Shown here: one piece after another, positions 20,201 to 27,560 of the stretch
Numbering within the stretch: the stretch's first letter is position 1
How the letters are laid out: each line of letters opens with the position of its first letter
IMG/VR virus record: IMGVR_UViG_3300045988_062174
DNA: 56,139 nucleotides
Source of the DNA: a virus
Reading direction: 5' to 3' (one strand)
Notes under the pieces: model-generated
What the model was told of the DNA's origin: nothing
What the model saw: only the letters and a program-made list of their open reading frames with translations
The model's database searches: none
Position numbers and translations under genes: made by a program

Positions 20201-20530
20201 CATAAGGGATTAGTGTTCGATTTGGAACCACAAGGAAAGTATATGGCATTTGCTCAAAAAGCAAGTTCCTCAGCAACTTCCTACACTACTATGTTGTGTT
20301 TTAGCCGAGCAAACAGTATTTACGATGAATATGGTGTGAATATGGGCTGCAATCTGATTGGAAACTGGTATACGCTGAAGAACTTCAAGATAGGTTCGAT
20401 TTCTGCTGGAGGGTATAACGCATTTAGCGGATCGATACCGATTGTATGTGAGATCACGAACAATGGCAACAGTTGGACGTATTCACATCTCAGAGTTTAC
20501 AACGGAATCATAGTAGGTTACTGGAACTAA
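17297..20530 (+). CDS. Tail-associated protein (Tal / prophage tail endopeptidase-type) with C-terminal extension
   Basis: 1077 aa directly after Dit. The N-terminal third has Tal-like organisation. Confidence 0.75.
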   Translation: MYTIKAYVDGKEYTIHDARVKALTVGGNPYFEIGDNINGSATFKVFPTHPYYDKVKKLTTDIVIYRDDEPEFYGRVLYDDEDFSGTKKVFVEGELAFLCDSIQRPKVYHNISVKAYVQDLIDIHNAQVEERKQFVVGRVTVKDSNDSLYRYSNYEDTRTAFKEKLTSRLGGHLVIRHEDGLRILDYLADEDYYTKNTQGIWFGKNLLDFSKNMDASDLATCIIPLGAKLDEDEQDPTLEAISEQRRTIASVNGGVDYVTDDNAVREYGKIYKTVTWDDVTVPENLKKKAEEYLKSVQFEKMVLELKAIDLNLTDESFQRFEVGNMIQCVSTPNGLDREFPLTKKKVYITSFKNNAVTLGDETSAKSYTSSNRQNTAQIEETIKSLPSKTEILQEALRSAQDLINKQVASGYAVHVPNEFIVADDVNYKNKAKNLWRWGLGGFAHYSQGYDGPIDGVALTMDGKINGEMLLVNSVKTESLDAGYRTSVETKISESETTAKNHADNKVRVAREEIENSISNLENKISLSVRSVKETVARKNYIVGGEQETLDKSKFTASGITGSCTIEQAEFLNMNAIKLTFSANGSVTLSQSLGSLEAGNYKIAVEAAYPEGSKYRPSYVRYGFSENQSTEYFSGYSADEFHTYSKQVKITKAAKSVAITVYGYTGSVVYLTNIRCLRDMQELLDDLNARIDVEVGKVSASVSDLYENSLHNYCSNGKFSNNDDKFAGWGRSNTTQVTQTTFDSKSCVKIENTSSTYNISWYQRPWKKRGDITVRFKAACNAEDADTARIRLTIDSKNFYTNAGELSDEWTEFEFTSYATPAYFYTYFYNYVANTTVYITDVEILGYMSAYSESQLTILKDSIESEVKRATAQEGTLSSSIKQNAESITSKVSKGEMGSYITQYYNNVIIAFNKNSKYVQINPGEIAIYNYGVENSKKRAVFDETGNHFYRDGYYVGAIGTNQWSGNNAHKGLVFDLEPQGKYMAFAQKASSSATSYTTMLCFSRANSIYDEYGVNMGCNLIGNWYTLKNFKIGSISAGGYNAFSGSIPIVCEITNNGNSWTYSHLRVYNGIIVGYWN

Positions 20531-20545
20531 GAAGGAGGCAAGAAG

Positions 20546-20677
20546 ATGGAAATTATTTTTCCGAGAGGAGACGCACCGGAAAAGGTAGCGAAAAACAGTG
20601 TAGCTGTAGGAACCATCAAAAGAGAGCAGGAGGTAAAAGAAGATGGAAGAAAAGAAAAAACCAAACAGACCGATTAG
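20546..20677 (+). CDS. Possible 43-aa ORF
   Basis: AAGGAGG lies 7 nt upstream of the ATG at 20546. The ORF overlaps the start of the next gene. Weak evidence. Confidence 0.25.
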   Translation: MEIIFPRGDAPEKVAKNSVAVGTIKREQEVKEDGRKEKTKQTD

Positions 20678-21008
20678 TGTTATTTATGCTGATGCGAAAC
20701 AGGCAATCACAAGGCAGGTTGGAAACACGATGGCAGCTTACGGGCTGCCTATTTTCATGGCAGAGGGGATTCTGAGCGGAGTGCTTGCAGAAATCAGAGC
20801 AAATGCCGCAAACGAGCTGGCGGACGATACGGCCAGATACGAAGAGGAACTGAAAGCCCATTACGAAGCTGAGATGAAAGAGAAACAGGAGGCTTTCGAG
20901 AAAGAAAAAGAGGATCTGATTACGCTTTTTGAAAATCCGGAAGAAGCCCCGGATGCATCGGAAGAGAGTGTTGCCGGAGAGGAGCCTGTTATCGAGGAGG
21001 TGGAGTAA
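20643..21008 (+). CDS. Hypothetical acidic protein (121 aa) between Tal and the tail fibre
   Basis: RBS AGGAGG precedes the ATG. It is coupled to the fibre gene (TAAATG). Confidence 0.5.
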   Translation: MEEKKKPNRPISVIYADAKQAITRQVGNTMAAYGLPIFMAEGILSGVLAEIRANAANELADDTARYEEELKAHYEAEMKEKQEAFEKEKEDLITLFENPEEAPDASEESVAGEEPVIEEVE

Positions 21009-23327
21009 ATGGCAGATATTTCCCAGGAAATAGATCAGCTTAGAAATGCGGTCTATGGAGAAGAGGTGCGAGGAGCTTTTATCTCCTGCATGCAGAAGAT
21101 TCACGAGGAAAATGAAAGCTACAACAGTATCAAAGAGTCAGTCAATCAGTCGGCGGCTACCATGCAGGAGCAGGTAGAATCTATCAACACGAAGTCTGAG
21201 GAAGTCAAAGCTGCATTGCAGAATCTGACTATGGCAATCGCCAATGGTAAAAATCAGCAGGATGCAATCGAGAAAGCTACCGCAGCCGGAAAGACACAGC
21301 AGACTGCTACAGAAAAGGCTACGTCTGAGAGTAAGACACAGCAGGATGCAATCGAGAAAGCTACAGAGGCCAGTAAAACACAGCAGACAGCTTTACAGAA
21401 AGTCGTTGATTCTGCAAAACAGATTGACTCAGCGATCCAGCAATCTGTAACGGCAGCGAATACAGCAGCCAACAATGCATCGGCAGCTACGAAATCTGCA
21501 ACAGAAGCAACGTCTTTAGCAAATCAGTCGGCAGAAGCGGCTAAGACTGCGACAACAAATGCAAATGATGCTACAGAGAAAACAAATGCGGCGGTAAAAA
21601 ATGCATCAGATGCTACAGAACAGGCTGCGCAGGCGACATCAGCAGCAAATGCGGCGACTGAAAATGCAAATCAGGCAACAGTAGCCGCCAAAGCAGCAAC
21701 GAAGGAAGCACTGACGCAGGCGGAAGAGGCGAAACAGGCGGCGGCATCCGTAAGGGACGATTGCTATCCGATGATGTTCCGCAATTACGATGGCAGAACA
21801 TATTCTGTGTTTTTTGAGGATGCAGATGAAACAATGGTCTGCACTGGCACGAAAGAAGACGACAACGCAGATGTCGCAACACCGGTTCCGTCCACAAACG
21901 CAGTGAGGAATGAGAACCCCTATGATGAAATTCCACTGTTTAAGCCGGTTGAGTGTAACGGTTATGCAGATGAAGATGGAGAGCTTCATATTACGGCAGT
22001 CAAAGGAGAACCAGAGTTCCGGACGGACGGAACAAAAGGAGATGTATGTATCGCCCTCAAAACAGGATACATTCGGACAATTATCGATACGGTTGGAATT
22101 ATGGGACCACTTGGAAAGAAAGGTACAAAAATTTCGGTTACGGATTCATGGAGAGAATCTGAGTATCCGGGATTTCCTTTCATCCCGTACACAGCAGCGA
22201 TTAGACCAGATGGATCGGTAAGACCATATGTGTTGATCCCGAAGCACCAGGCTGTCAATTTTAACAGTTCGTATTATTCGCTTCCTGGATTCGCCCCGGC
22301 ATACAATGTGTCACATAATGGACAGATTACAACCTTCCGGAAGCGTGGCGACCAGTATTGCGGAGAGACTTGCTCAGATGCAGAAATCTGGGAAACACTG
22401 TTCATGATCGTATTTGCAAATATGAACTCGCAGGCTGTCATGGTAGGATGTACAGGATTTGCCGACCAGTATATGGCGGCAGTTGCAGAAGAAAATGTTG
22501 AAAGAATCATTTTGACCAAAAAGCAGGCAGAATACTTTCCAATCGGATGCTGCGTATCTATTGGGGAGATGGGAAGCAGTACGAATAAAGACCGAGGTCA
22601 GTCTTATATGCACAACCTCGCAAATCGTGTCAAAGTAACGAAGATTGAGGCATTGGATGATGATTCTGGAAATTACGCATTATATGTTGATAATGGAGGA
22701 GTGACGTTTAACACATCTACAACTACATGTATTTCGACTATGCCGTGGCATACCGGTTCGACGGATAAGGTTAAGGGAACGTGCGGATCTCCATACAGCA
22801 ATACGAATGGAAAAGAACCATTCAAGTTCCTTGGTATCGAGTTTGCACTTGGACAGTATGTGGTTCGTTCTGATGTGATCTTGAACGGTGTGTACGATGC
22901 AGATGCCGACATCTACCAGCAGGAAATTTATACATGTTACGATTGCAAGTATTTTGCTACTGCAATCAATGAACATTACAAAAAGCTTGGTTATGTGATT
23001 CCGGATTCCGGAAATGCATGGAAGTATATCAAAAATCTTGGGTTTGATGTCAATTTCCCTCACATCAGAATGGCTTCAGAATATGGTGGAGACAGTAACA
23101 AGCGATTTGGGGACGCAGTACATACAGGAACTCGTGCCAACGGCACAAGGGGGTTCCTGTCGCTCGGCTACCTGGGGGTCTGGTCGGTTGCCGGGTTGCG
23201 GTTTGCCTTTCTGGACCTTTGGCTCGGTAGCGGCGGCTGGGGCTTCTCGGCTCGTCCTTCCCTCACTGGAAGACGAGGATCAGTCGTAGACTGGGCATCG
23301 TCTATGGGGGTGAATTTGGCGGCGTAG
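21009..23327 (+). CDS. Tail fibre / receptor-binding protein; DGR target protein with a C-terminal variable region
   Basis: 772 aa. The N-terminus LRNAVYGEEVRGAF is fibre-like, followed by Ala/Thr/Gln-rich coiled-coil repeats. The last roughly 60 aa (GFLSLGYLGVWSVAGLRFAFLDLWLGSGGWGFSARP) are encoded by the VR. Confidence 0.85.
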   Translation: MADISQEIDQLRNAVYGEEVRGAFISCMQKIHEENESYNSIKESVNQSAATMQEQVESINTKSEEVKAALQNLTMAIANGKNQQDAIEKATAAGKTQQTATEKATSESKTQQDAIEKATEASKTQQTALQKVVDSAKQIDSAIQQSVTAANTAANNASAATKSATEATSLANQSAEAAKTATTNANDATEKTNAAVKNASDATEQAAQATSAANAATENANQATVAAKAATKEALTQAEEAKQAAASVRDDCYPMMFRNYDGRTYSVFFEDADETMVCTGTKEDDNADVATPVPSTNAVRNENPYDEIPLFKPVECNGYADEDGELHITAVKGEPEFRTDGTKGDVCIALKTGYIRTIIDTVGIMGPLGKKGTKISVTDSWRESEYPGFPFIPYTAAIRPDGSVRPYVLIPKHQAVNFNSSYYSLPGFAPAYNVSHNGQITTFRKRGDQYCGETCSDAEIWETLFMIVFANMNSQAVMVGCTGFADQYMAAVAEENVERIILTKKQAEYFPIGCCVSIGEMGSSTNKDRGQSYMHNLANRVKVTKIEALDDDSGNYALYVDNGGVTFNTSTTTCISTMPWHTGSTDKVKGTCGSPYSNTNGKEPFKFLGIEFALGQYVVRSDVILNGVYDADADIYQQEIYTCYDCKYFATAINEHYKKLGYVIPDSGNAWKYIKNLGFDVNFPHIRMASEYGGDSNKRFGDAVHTGTRANGTRGFLSLGYLGVWSVAGLRFAFLDLWLGSGGWGFSARPSLTGRRGSVVDWASSMGVNLAA
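21240..21420 (+). repeat. 84-nt tandem repeat (28 aa, made of 14-aa half repeats KTQQxAxEKATxxx) in the fibre shaft
   Basis: cagcaggatgcaatcgagaaagctac occurs at 21255 and again at 21339. Confidence 0.7.
23149..23257 (+). repeat. DGR variable region (VR)
   Basis: Aligns without gaps to 23401-23509 (offset 252). 88 of 109 positions are identical, and all 21 mismatches lie opposite adenines of the other copy. Confidence 0.92.
23271..23303 (+). other. Two-tier hairpin downstream of VR (candidate DGR target-recognition structure)
   Basis: Outer stem AGACGA/TCGTCT (23271-76 / 23298-303); inner stem CAGTC-gta-GACTG (23281-93). Confidence 0.35.
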
Positions 23328-23334
23328 CCCCAAA

Positions 23335-23360
23335 GAGGGGATCGCCCCTTATAATTTTTT
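23335..23360 (+). terminator. Weak terminator-like hairpin after the fibre gene
   Basis: GAGGGG-atcg-CCCCTT followed by ATAATTTTTT. The stem is short. Confidence 0.3.
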
Positions 23361-23400
23361 GTAACTAATAAATGTATGATATAGGGATTTACGGTATCCG

Positions 23401-23509
23401 GGGAGTTCCTGTCGCTCGGCAACCTGAGGAACAGGTCGAATGCCGGGTTGCGGATTGCCAATCTGAACAATTGGCTCGGTAACGGCAACTGGAACATCTC
23501 GGCTCGTCA
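23401..23509 (+). repeat. DGR template repeat (TR)
   Basis: Non-coding copy of the VR. It contains 24 adenines, 21 of which differ in the VR. In the VR reading frame it holds 9 AAY codons. Confidence 0.92.
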
Positions 23510-23715
23510 CTCTGAATAATTATTCGAGGTATGCCGTACTTCGCCGGACAGCATCTGAAACTGATCCGGCATGCTGAAAAGCATCCTGCACGTGTGCAAA
23601 ATTGTCGAACCAGCACCGGGCAACCGGACTTCGTAACACAGTGGGTACGGAGTGGGCTTAGTAGTAAAACCGAAAGGTCTTGAGATTCAGAAGGAGTATT
23701 CAGAAATTTACATAG
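23510..23715 (+). ncRNA. DGR spacer region between TR and RT (probably part of the TR-containing DGR RNA)
   Basis: 206 nt of non-coding sequence between the TR and the RT start. The role is inferred by analogy to the BPP-1 DGR RNA. Confidence 0.45.
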
Positions 23716-24945
23716 ATGAAGACGTATTGTAAGAATGTAGATATCGAAGATATTTCGATGATGGAGCTGGCGATACGGAATTGCTTTAAGGGAAAGTGGA
23801 AACGCCGGGATATACGGAATCTGCTTTCCCGACATTGCGAGTATACGCCTGGGAAGATTCTAAAGCTCTTGAAAACTGGAAATAAGCATATGCTTGATGG
23901 AGCAGTGCACAATCTGGCACTGGAATTAAATAACAGATTGATGAACAGAGAATTGAGTTTGCCGCCGACTGTATCAAGGACAGTCATTGAAGGGGCAAAG
24001 CAGAAAGAAAGGAACTTAGAGATAGAATCGTATGAGCACCAGATATTTGACCATCTGGCAGACCTTGGGCTGCAGGAACTGTTTGAGAAGAAATTCGGAA
24101 CATGGCAGTGTGCATCCATCAAAGGCAGAGGTCAGCTCTATACGAAGAAAGGAATTGAGAAGTGGATTCGGACAGATCCACAGGGGACGAAAGTGGCGAT
24201 TCAGTGTGATGTCCGGAAATGCTATCAGAATATAGACATTGATGTGCTGATAGCAATGTTGGAAAGGGATATTCACAAGAATAAGCCGTTGTTGTGGTTG
24301 ACAAGAAAACTGTTGCTGATAATGAAAGAGAAAGACAAAGGATTGTTTGTCGGTTCAGTTATCTCGAAAGACCTGGCAAATTATTATATGAGTTATCTGT
24401 ATCATTATGCAGAGAGCAAATTGACCGTTACCAGAAGGTCACGCAGAAATGGTCCGGTCAAGGTCCGATTGTTGAGCCACCAGGCAATGTACATGGATGA
24501 TGTGTTTCTGAGTGGCTCTAATCGGAAATATCTTATGATGGCATTCCGGAAAATACAGCAGTGCCTGGAAGAAAAACTGCATCTGGAATTTAAGGAATCG
24601 TGGAGGTTCTATTATGTCGAATATGAGGACAAGTATGGAGTGAGCCACGGTTGCCCGGCGGATCTGGCAGGATATGTGTACAAGAGAACCTGCACAGTGC
24701 TGAGAGATCATATCTTTTTAAAGGGCAGGAGAGCTTTTAAGAAAGTCAAAACCTACTTGATGAAAGGATATGAGGTAACCCAGAGGATGGCACAGAGAGC
24801 AGTATCTTATTACGGTTGGTTTAAGAACAGCAACCTGCATCAGTTTATGGAGAAATATGGAATTGAAGAATTACAGAAATATTGCAAAAGAAGACTGAGC
24901 TATCTCAGTAAAAGAAACAGAGCAAAGGAGGCATTGGCATGTTGA
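23716..24945 (+). CDS. DGR reverse transcriptase
   Basis: 409 aa. The catalytic YMDD is at codons 24490-24501 (QAMYMDDVFLSG). The fingers/palm pattern is CASIKGRGQ...VAIQCDVRKCYQNID...FVGSVISKDLANYY. It lies immediately downstream of the TR. Confidence 0.9.
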   Translation: MKTYCKNVDIEDISMMELAIRNCFKGKWKRRDIRNLLSRHCEYTPGKILKLLKTGNKHMLDGAVHNLALELNNRLMNRELSLPPTVSRTVIEGAKQKERNLEIESYEHQIFDHLADLGLQELFEKKFGTWQCASIKGRGQLYTKKGIEKWIRTDPQGTKVAIQCDVRKCYQNIDIDVLIAMLERDIHKNKPLLWLTRKLLLIMKEKDKGLFVGSVISKDLANYYMSYLYHYAESKLTVTRRSRRNGPVKVRLLSHQAMYMDDVFLSGSNRKYLMMAFRKIQQCLEEKLHLEFKESWRFYYVEYEDKYGVSHGCPADLAGYVYKRTCTVLRDHIFLKGRRAFKKVKTYLMKGYEVTQRMAQRAVSYYGWFKNSNLHQFMEKYGIEELQKYCKRRLSYLSKRNRAKEALAC

Positions 24946-25637
24946 CAGTAATATGCAGCACAGAACAAATTGAAAGCATGGAATATTACCTGCGAAGCTC
25001 CGGTGTAGCAGACGTATTTTTGCGAAAGAACATTCAGAAGCAGGATGCGGAAGATGTTGGAGAGAACAAGGGAATCCAGTATACAGCAGATGAAGTGTAT
25101 TTTGCAGTGACCGGCGAGAAAGCATCGAAGGAATCTATTGAGGAAGATTTCGACTACTGGTACAGCAAAGGCGAAGGGATTACACAGGGAGAGCTGGCAG
25201 ATAGATACAGTCTGGAGGAACTGCGTATGCAGGCTTACAGCAATGCGAGTGAGGCATGTGAGAAGACAATATATGCCGGGATTGATGTTGAAATCTCAAC
25301 CGGCACAGAGCATTTCAGCTTGACCGAAAAAGACCAGATCAACTTATTCGGAAAGAAAATGCAGCTCTTAGCCGGTATGGAGAAGTTAGAGTATCACGAA
25401 GACGGACAGCCATGTAAATATTTCACTGCGGCAGATATGCAGAATATCGTTGACCGGGCAATGTTTTTCGTGTCCTATAATACGACATACTGTAATGCTA
25501 TGAATATGTGGATCAAGTCGGCAGAGAAAGCAAGTGATCTGGAGCAGATCCAGTGGGGTGCAGAAATTCCGGAAGAGTTCCAGAATGAAGTACTGAAAGA
25601 CTACATGAAGATTCTGGCATCCGGAGGTATCTCGTAA
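24939..25637 (+). CDS. DUF4376-like tail-fibre-associated protein, putative
   Basis: RBS AAGGAGG. It overlaps the RT stop by 7 nt. The C-terminal pattern GIDVEISTGTEHFSLTEKDQINLF...YFTAADMQNIVDRA resembles DUF4376. Confidence 0.45.
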   Translation: MLTVICSTEQIESMEYYLRSSGVADVFLRKNIQKQDAEDVGENKGIQYTADEVYFAVTGEKASKESIEEDFDYWYSKGEGITQGELADRYSLEELRMQAYSNASEACEKTIYAGIDVEISTGTEHFSLTEKDQINLFGKKMQLLAGMEKLEYHEDGQPCKYFTAADMQNIVDRAMFFVSYNTTYCNAMNMWIKSAEKASDLEQIQWGAEIPEEFQNEVLKDYMKILASGGIS

Positions 25638-26080
25638 TGAAAAACATAATCAAGTATCCAATGCTCTTTCTTTTTGGAGGGAGCATTTATTATTTGCTGG
25701 AGATCATCTTCCGGGGTTATTCATTCCCGGCAATGGTGGTCTGCGGAGGTCTGTGTTTCATTATCTGCGGTACAATCAATGAGAAGAACCGATGTATGCC
25801 ACTGGTTCTGCAACAGTTGATTGCGGCGGCAGGAATCACAGCAATAGAATTTCTGTTCGGATTGATTCTGAACGTGTGGCTCGGACTGCATATGTGGGAT
25901 TACAGCAATATGCCAGGAAACATTCTTGGTCAGATATGCCCTCAGTTCACAGTGCTGTGGTTCTTTTTGTCAGCACTTGGAATCTTCTTGGATGATTATA
26001 TCCGGTGGGTGTTTTTTGGAGAGGAGAAGCCGCATTATCATTTGTTCCGGAAAAAGGAAGAGAGAAGAGAAAGAGAATGA
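25637..26080 (+). CDS. Polytopic membrane protein (putative ABC-transporter type IV / DUF1113-like)
   Basis: Four predicted TM segments. The HMWDYS motif is typical of that family as I recall it. Confidence 0.5.
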   Translation: MKNIIKYPMLFLFGGSIYYLLEIIFRGYSFPAMVVCGGLCFIICGTINEKNRCMPLVLQQLIAAAGITAIEFLFGLILNVWLGLHMWDYSNMPGNILGQICPQFTVLWFFLSALGIFLDDYIRWVFFGEEKPHYHLFRKKEERRERE

Positions 26081-26301
26081 CAAAGCTACAGATTATTTCA
26101 AAGCTTTGGTCGGCAATCTATGACCTGGTATTTCTGGTCAAGGGAACACCGACAAAGAGCCTGGAAGAAATAGAGGCAGATCTTGACATTGTTGAGTATG
26201 CGTGCCGGAAGTATGTAGACTGTGACGATGATGAGATAACATTTGAGAGCAGAGGAGGGACAGCCTATGCAGATACGAGCGCAGCCGAAAAGGTAGATTA
26301 G
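26077..26301 (+). CDS. Hypothetical protein (74 aa)
   Basis: ATGA coupling with the upstream gene. Confidence 0.4.
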   Translation: MTKLQIISKLWSAIYDLVFLVKGTPTKSLEEIEADLDIVEYACRKYVDCDDDEITFESRGGTAYADTSAAEKVD

Positions 26302-26336
26302 TTCCAAAAATCCGAAATAGCAGGAAGGAGATACCA

Positions 26337-26687
26337 ATGGAATTATTGATAGCTGCCGGTATCCCGTCCGCAATCGTGGCATTTTGTTTCTGGTTGTTGG
26401 AGAAGCGAATCCAAGAACGGGCGGAAGCCGAAAAGAACGAACGGGCATGCAGGCAGAGAGAACAGGATGAGAAAGAAGAGAACCGTGAAAAGCTTCAGTA
26501 CATGATGCTGAAAGCCTTGGACGGTTCTCTTTGTTTGTCAGAAGCTACAGCAAAGGCGGTGCAGAGGATTCCGGATGCGAAATGCAATGGAGATATGCAC
26601 GCTGCATTGGACTATGAGCTGGAGCGGAAGCACGATCTGGAGAATTTTCTGACAAGGCAGGGAGTGAACCATATCACAGGGGAATAA
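26337..26687 (+). CDS. N-terminally membrane-anchored protein in the lysis module (holin-associated?)
   Basis: One N-terminal TM segment (LLIAAGIPSAIVAFCFWLL) followed by a charged coiled region. RBS GGAAGGAG. Confidence 0.5.
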   Translation: MELLIAAGIPSAIVAFCFWLLEKRIQERAEAEKNERACRQREQDEKEENREKLQYMMLKALDGSLCLSEATAKAVQRIPDAKCNGDMHAALDYELERKHDLENFLTRQGVNHITGE

Positions 26688-26815
26688 AATAGAAGGCTGT
26701 ATTTGCCCTATATTCGCCTTTATAACGTTTTGGCAATAATTTCCCCACTCACACAATTACAAACGACACATGGAACTATCAAGAGATTACAAAGCATAAT
26801 AGGAGGATTGATTCT

Positions 26816-27166
26816 ATGGAATTATTGAATTTTTTAAGCCAGGTGCCGATTCCGGTTCTGTTCCTGGTAATCGCAGTGCTGGTCGTTGTGACAGCAGTGG
26901 TCGTATATCAGTATGCGAAAGCGAAAGGACTGGAGGGCATCCGTAAAGAGGTGTACGAGCTGTTCCTGCACGCTGAACATATCTACAAAGAGTCCGGCCA
27001 GGGAGAAAAGAAACTGAAATGGGTAGTACAGCAGGCAAGAGGATTGCTGCCTAAGTGGTTGCAGGTAATCATGTCCGAAGAGGTACTGCTGAAAATTATT
27101 GACTGGTGGTTCAAGGAAGTTAAGGACCTTTTGGACGATGGAAAGGTAAATGGCTCTCAGAACTGA
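26816..27166 (+). CDS. Holin, LL-H-like family
   Basis: N-terminal TM segment PIPVLFLVIAVLVVVTAVVVY, then the pattern GQGEKKLKWVVQQARGLLP typical of LL-H-type holins. RBS TAGGAGG. Confidence 0.6.
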   Translation: MELLNFLSQVPIPVLFLVIAVLVVVTAVVVYQYAKAKGLEGIRKEVYELFLHAEHIYKESGQGEKKLKWVVQQARGLLPKWLQVIMSEEVLLKIIDWWFKEVKDLLDDGKVNGSQN

Positions 27167-27188
27167 TCGGAGAAGGGAGAGAGGAGCT

Positions 27189-27509
27189 ATGGGCTTAAAA
27201 ATCCTATTGGTGTACCTTTTGGGGATTTTGCTGTGTCAGCCGGTCTACATCTGGGGCATTCGGACATTGTGCCGGATGGAAGATGAAGACGAAGAGCTGT
27301 ACTGCCAGGACAATGGCATGTACTATGAGCCAAGCAAGCCGAATTATCCGCTTGTGATAGTGCTGTTGCTGATGGCAGGAATCTTCTGGCCGTTGGTAAT
27401 TTTGTTTGCGGTGTTCGTTCCGTTGACATTTTTGCTGATGGACAAGATGGGGCAGTTGCATCCGAAAGATGATGATGAGATGGACCCAGAAGAGGACACA
27501 TACTTATGA
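27189..27509 (+). CDS. Two-TM membrane protein with an acidic tail (lysis module)
   Basis: Begins MGLKILLVYLLGILLC and has a second TM segment VIVLLLMAGIFWPLVILFAVFVPLTFLL. Confidence 0.45.
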   Translation: MGLKILLVYLLGILLCQPVYIWGIRTLCRMEDEDEELYCQDNGMYYEPSKPNYPLVIVLLLMAGIFWPLVILFAVFVPLTFLLMDKMGQLHPKDDDEMDPEEDTYL

Positions 27510-27560
27510 CCGGGTGGGGAGAAATCCCTGCCCTTTTTGTGAATGAAGGAGAATTTACAA

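Larger units (their letters stand above)
23149..24945 (+). mobile_element. Diversity-generating retroelement cassette (VR - TR - RT)
   Basis: Combination of the three features above. Confidence 0.88.

Noticed and set aside
17297-20530. A second DGR variable region in the Tal C-terminus or elsewhere
   Set aside because: Scanning by eye, I found no other copy of the invariant TR blocks (gttcctgtcgctcggc, tgccgggttgcgg, ttggctcggt). A computational search is needed to be certain.
20643-21008. The 121-aa ORF upstream of the DGR target as a possible Avd
   Set aside because: The protein is strongly acidic with a disordered Glu-rich tail, whereas Avd proteins are basic four-helix bundles.
23350-23385. 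TATAAT (23350-55) or TATGAT (23375-80) as the promoter of the DGR TR RNA
   Set aside because: No acceptable -35 element at 16-18 bp spacing could be found for either, so I did not call a promoter.
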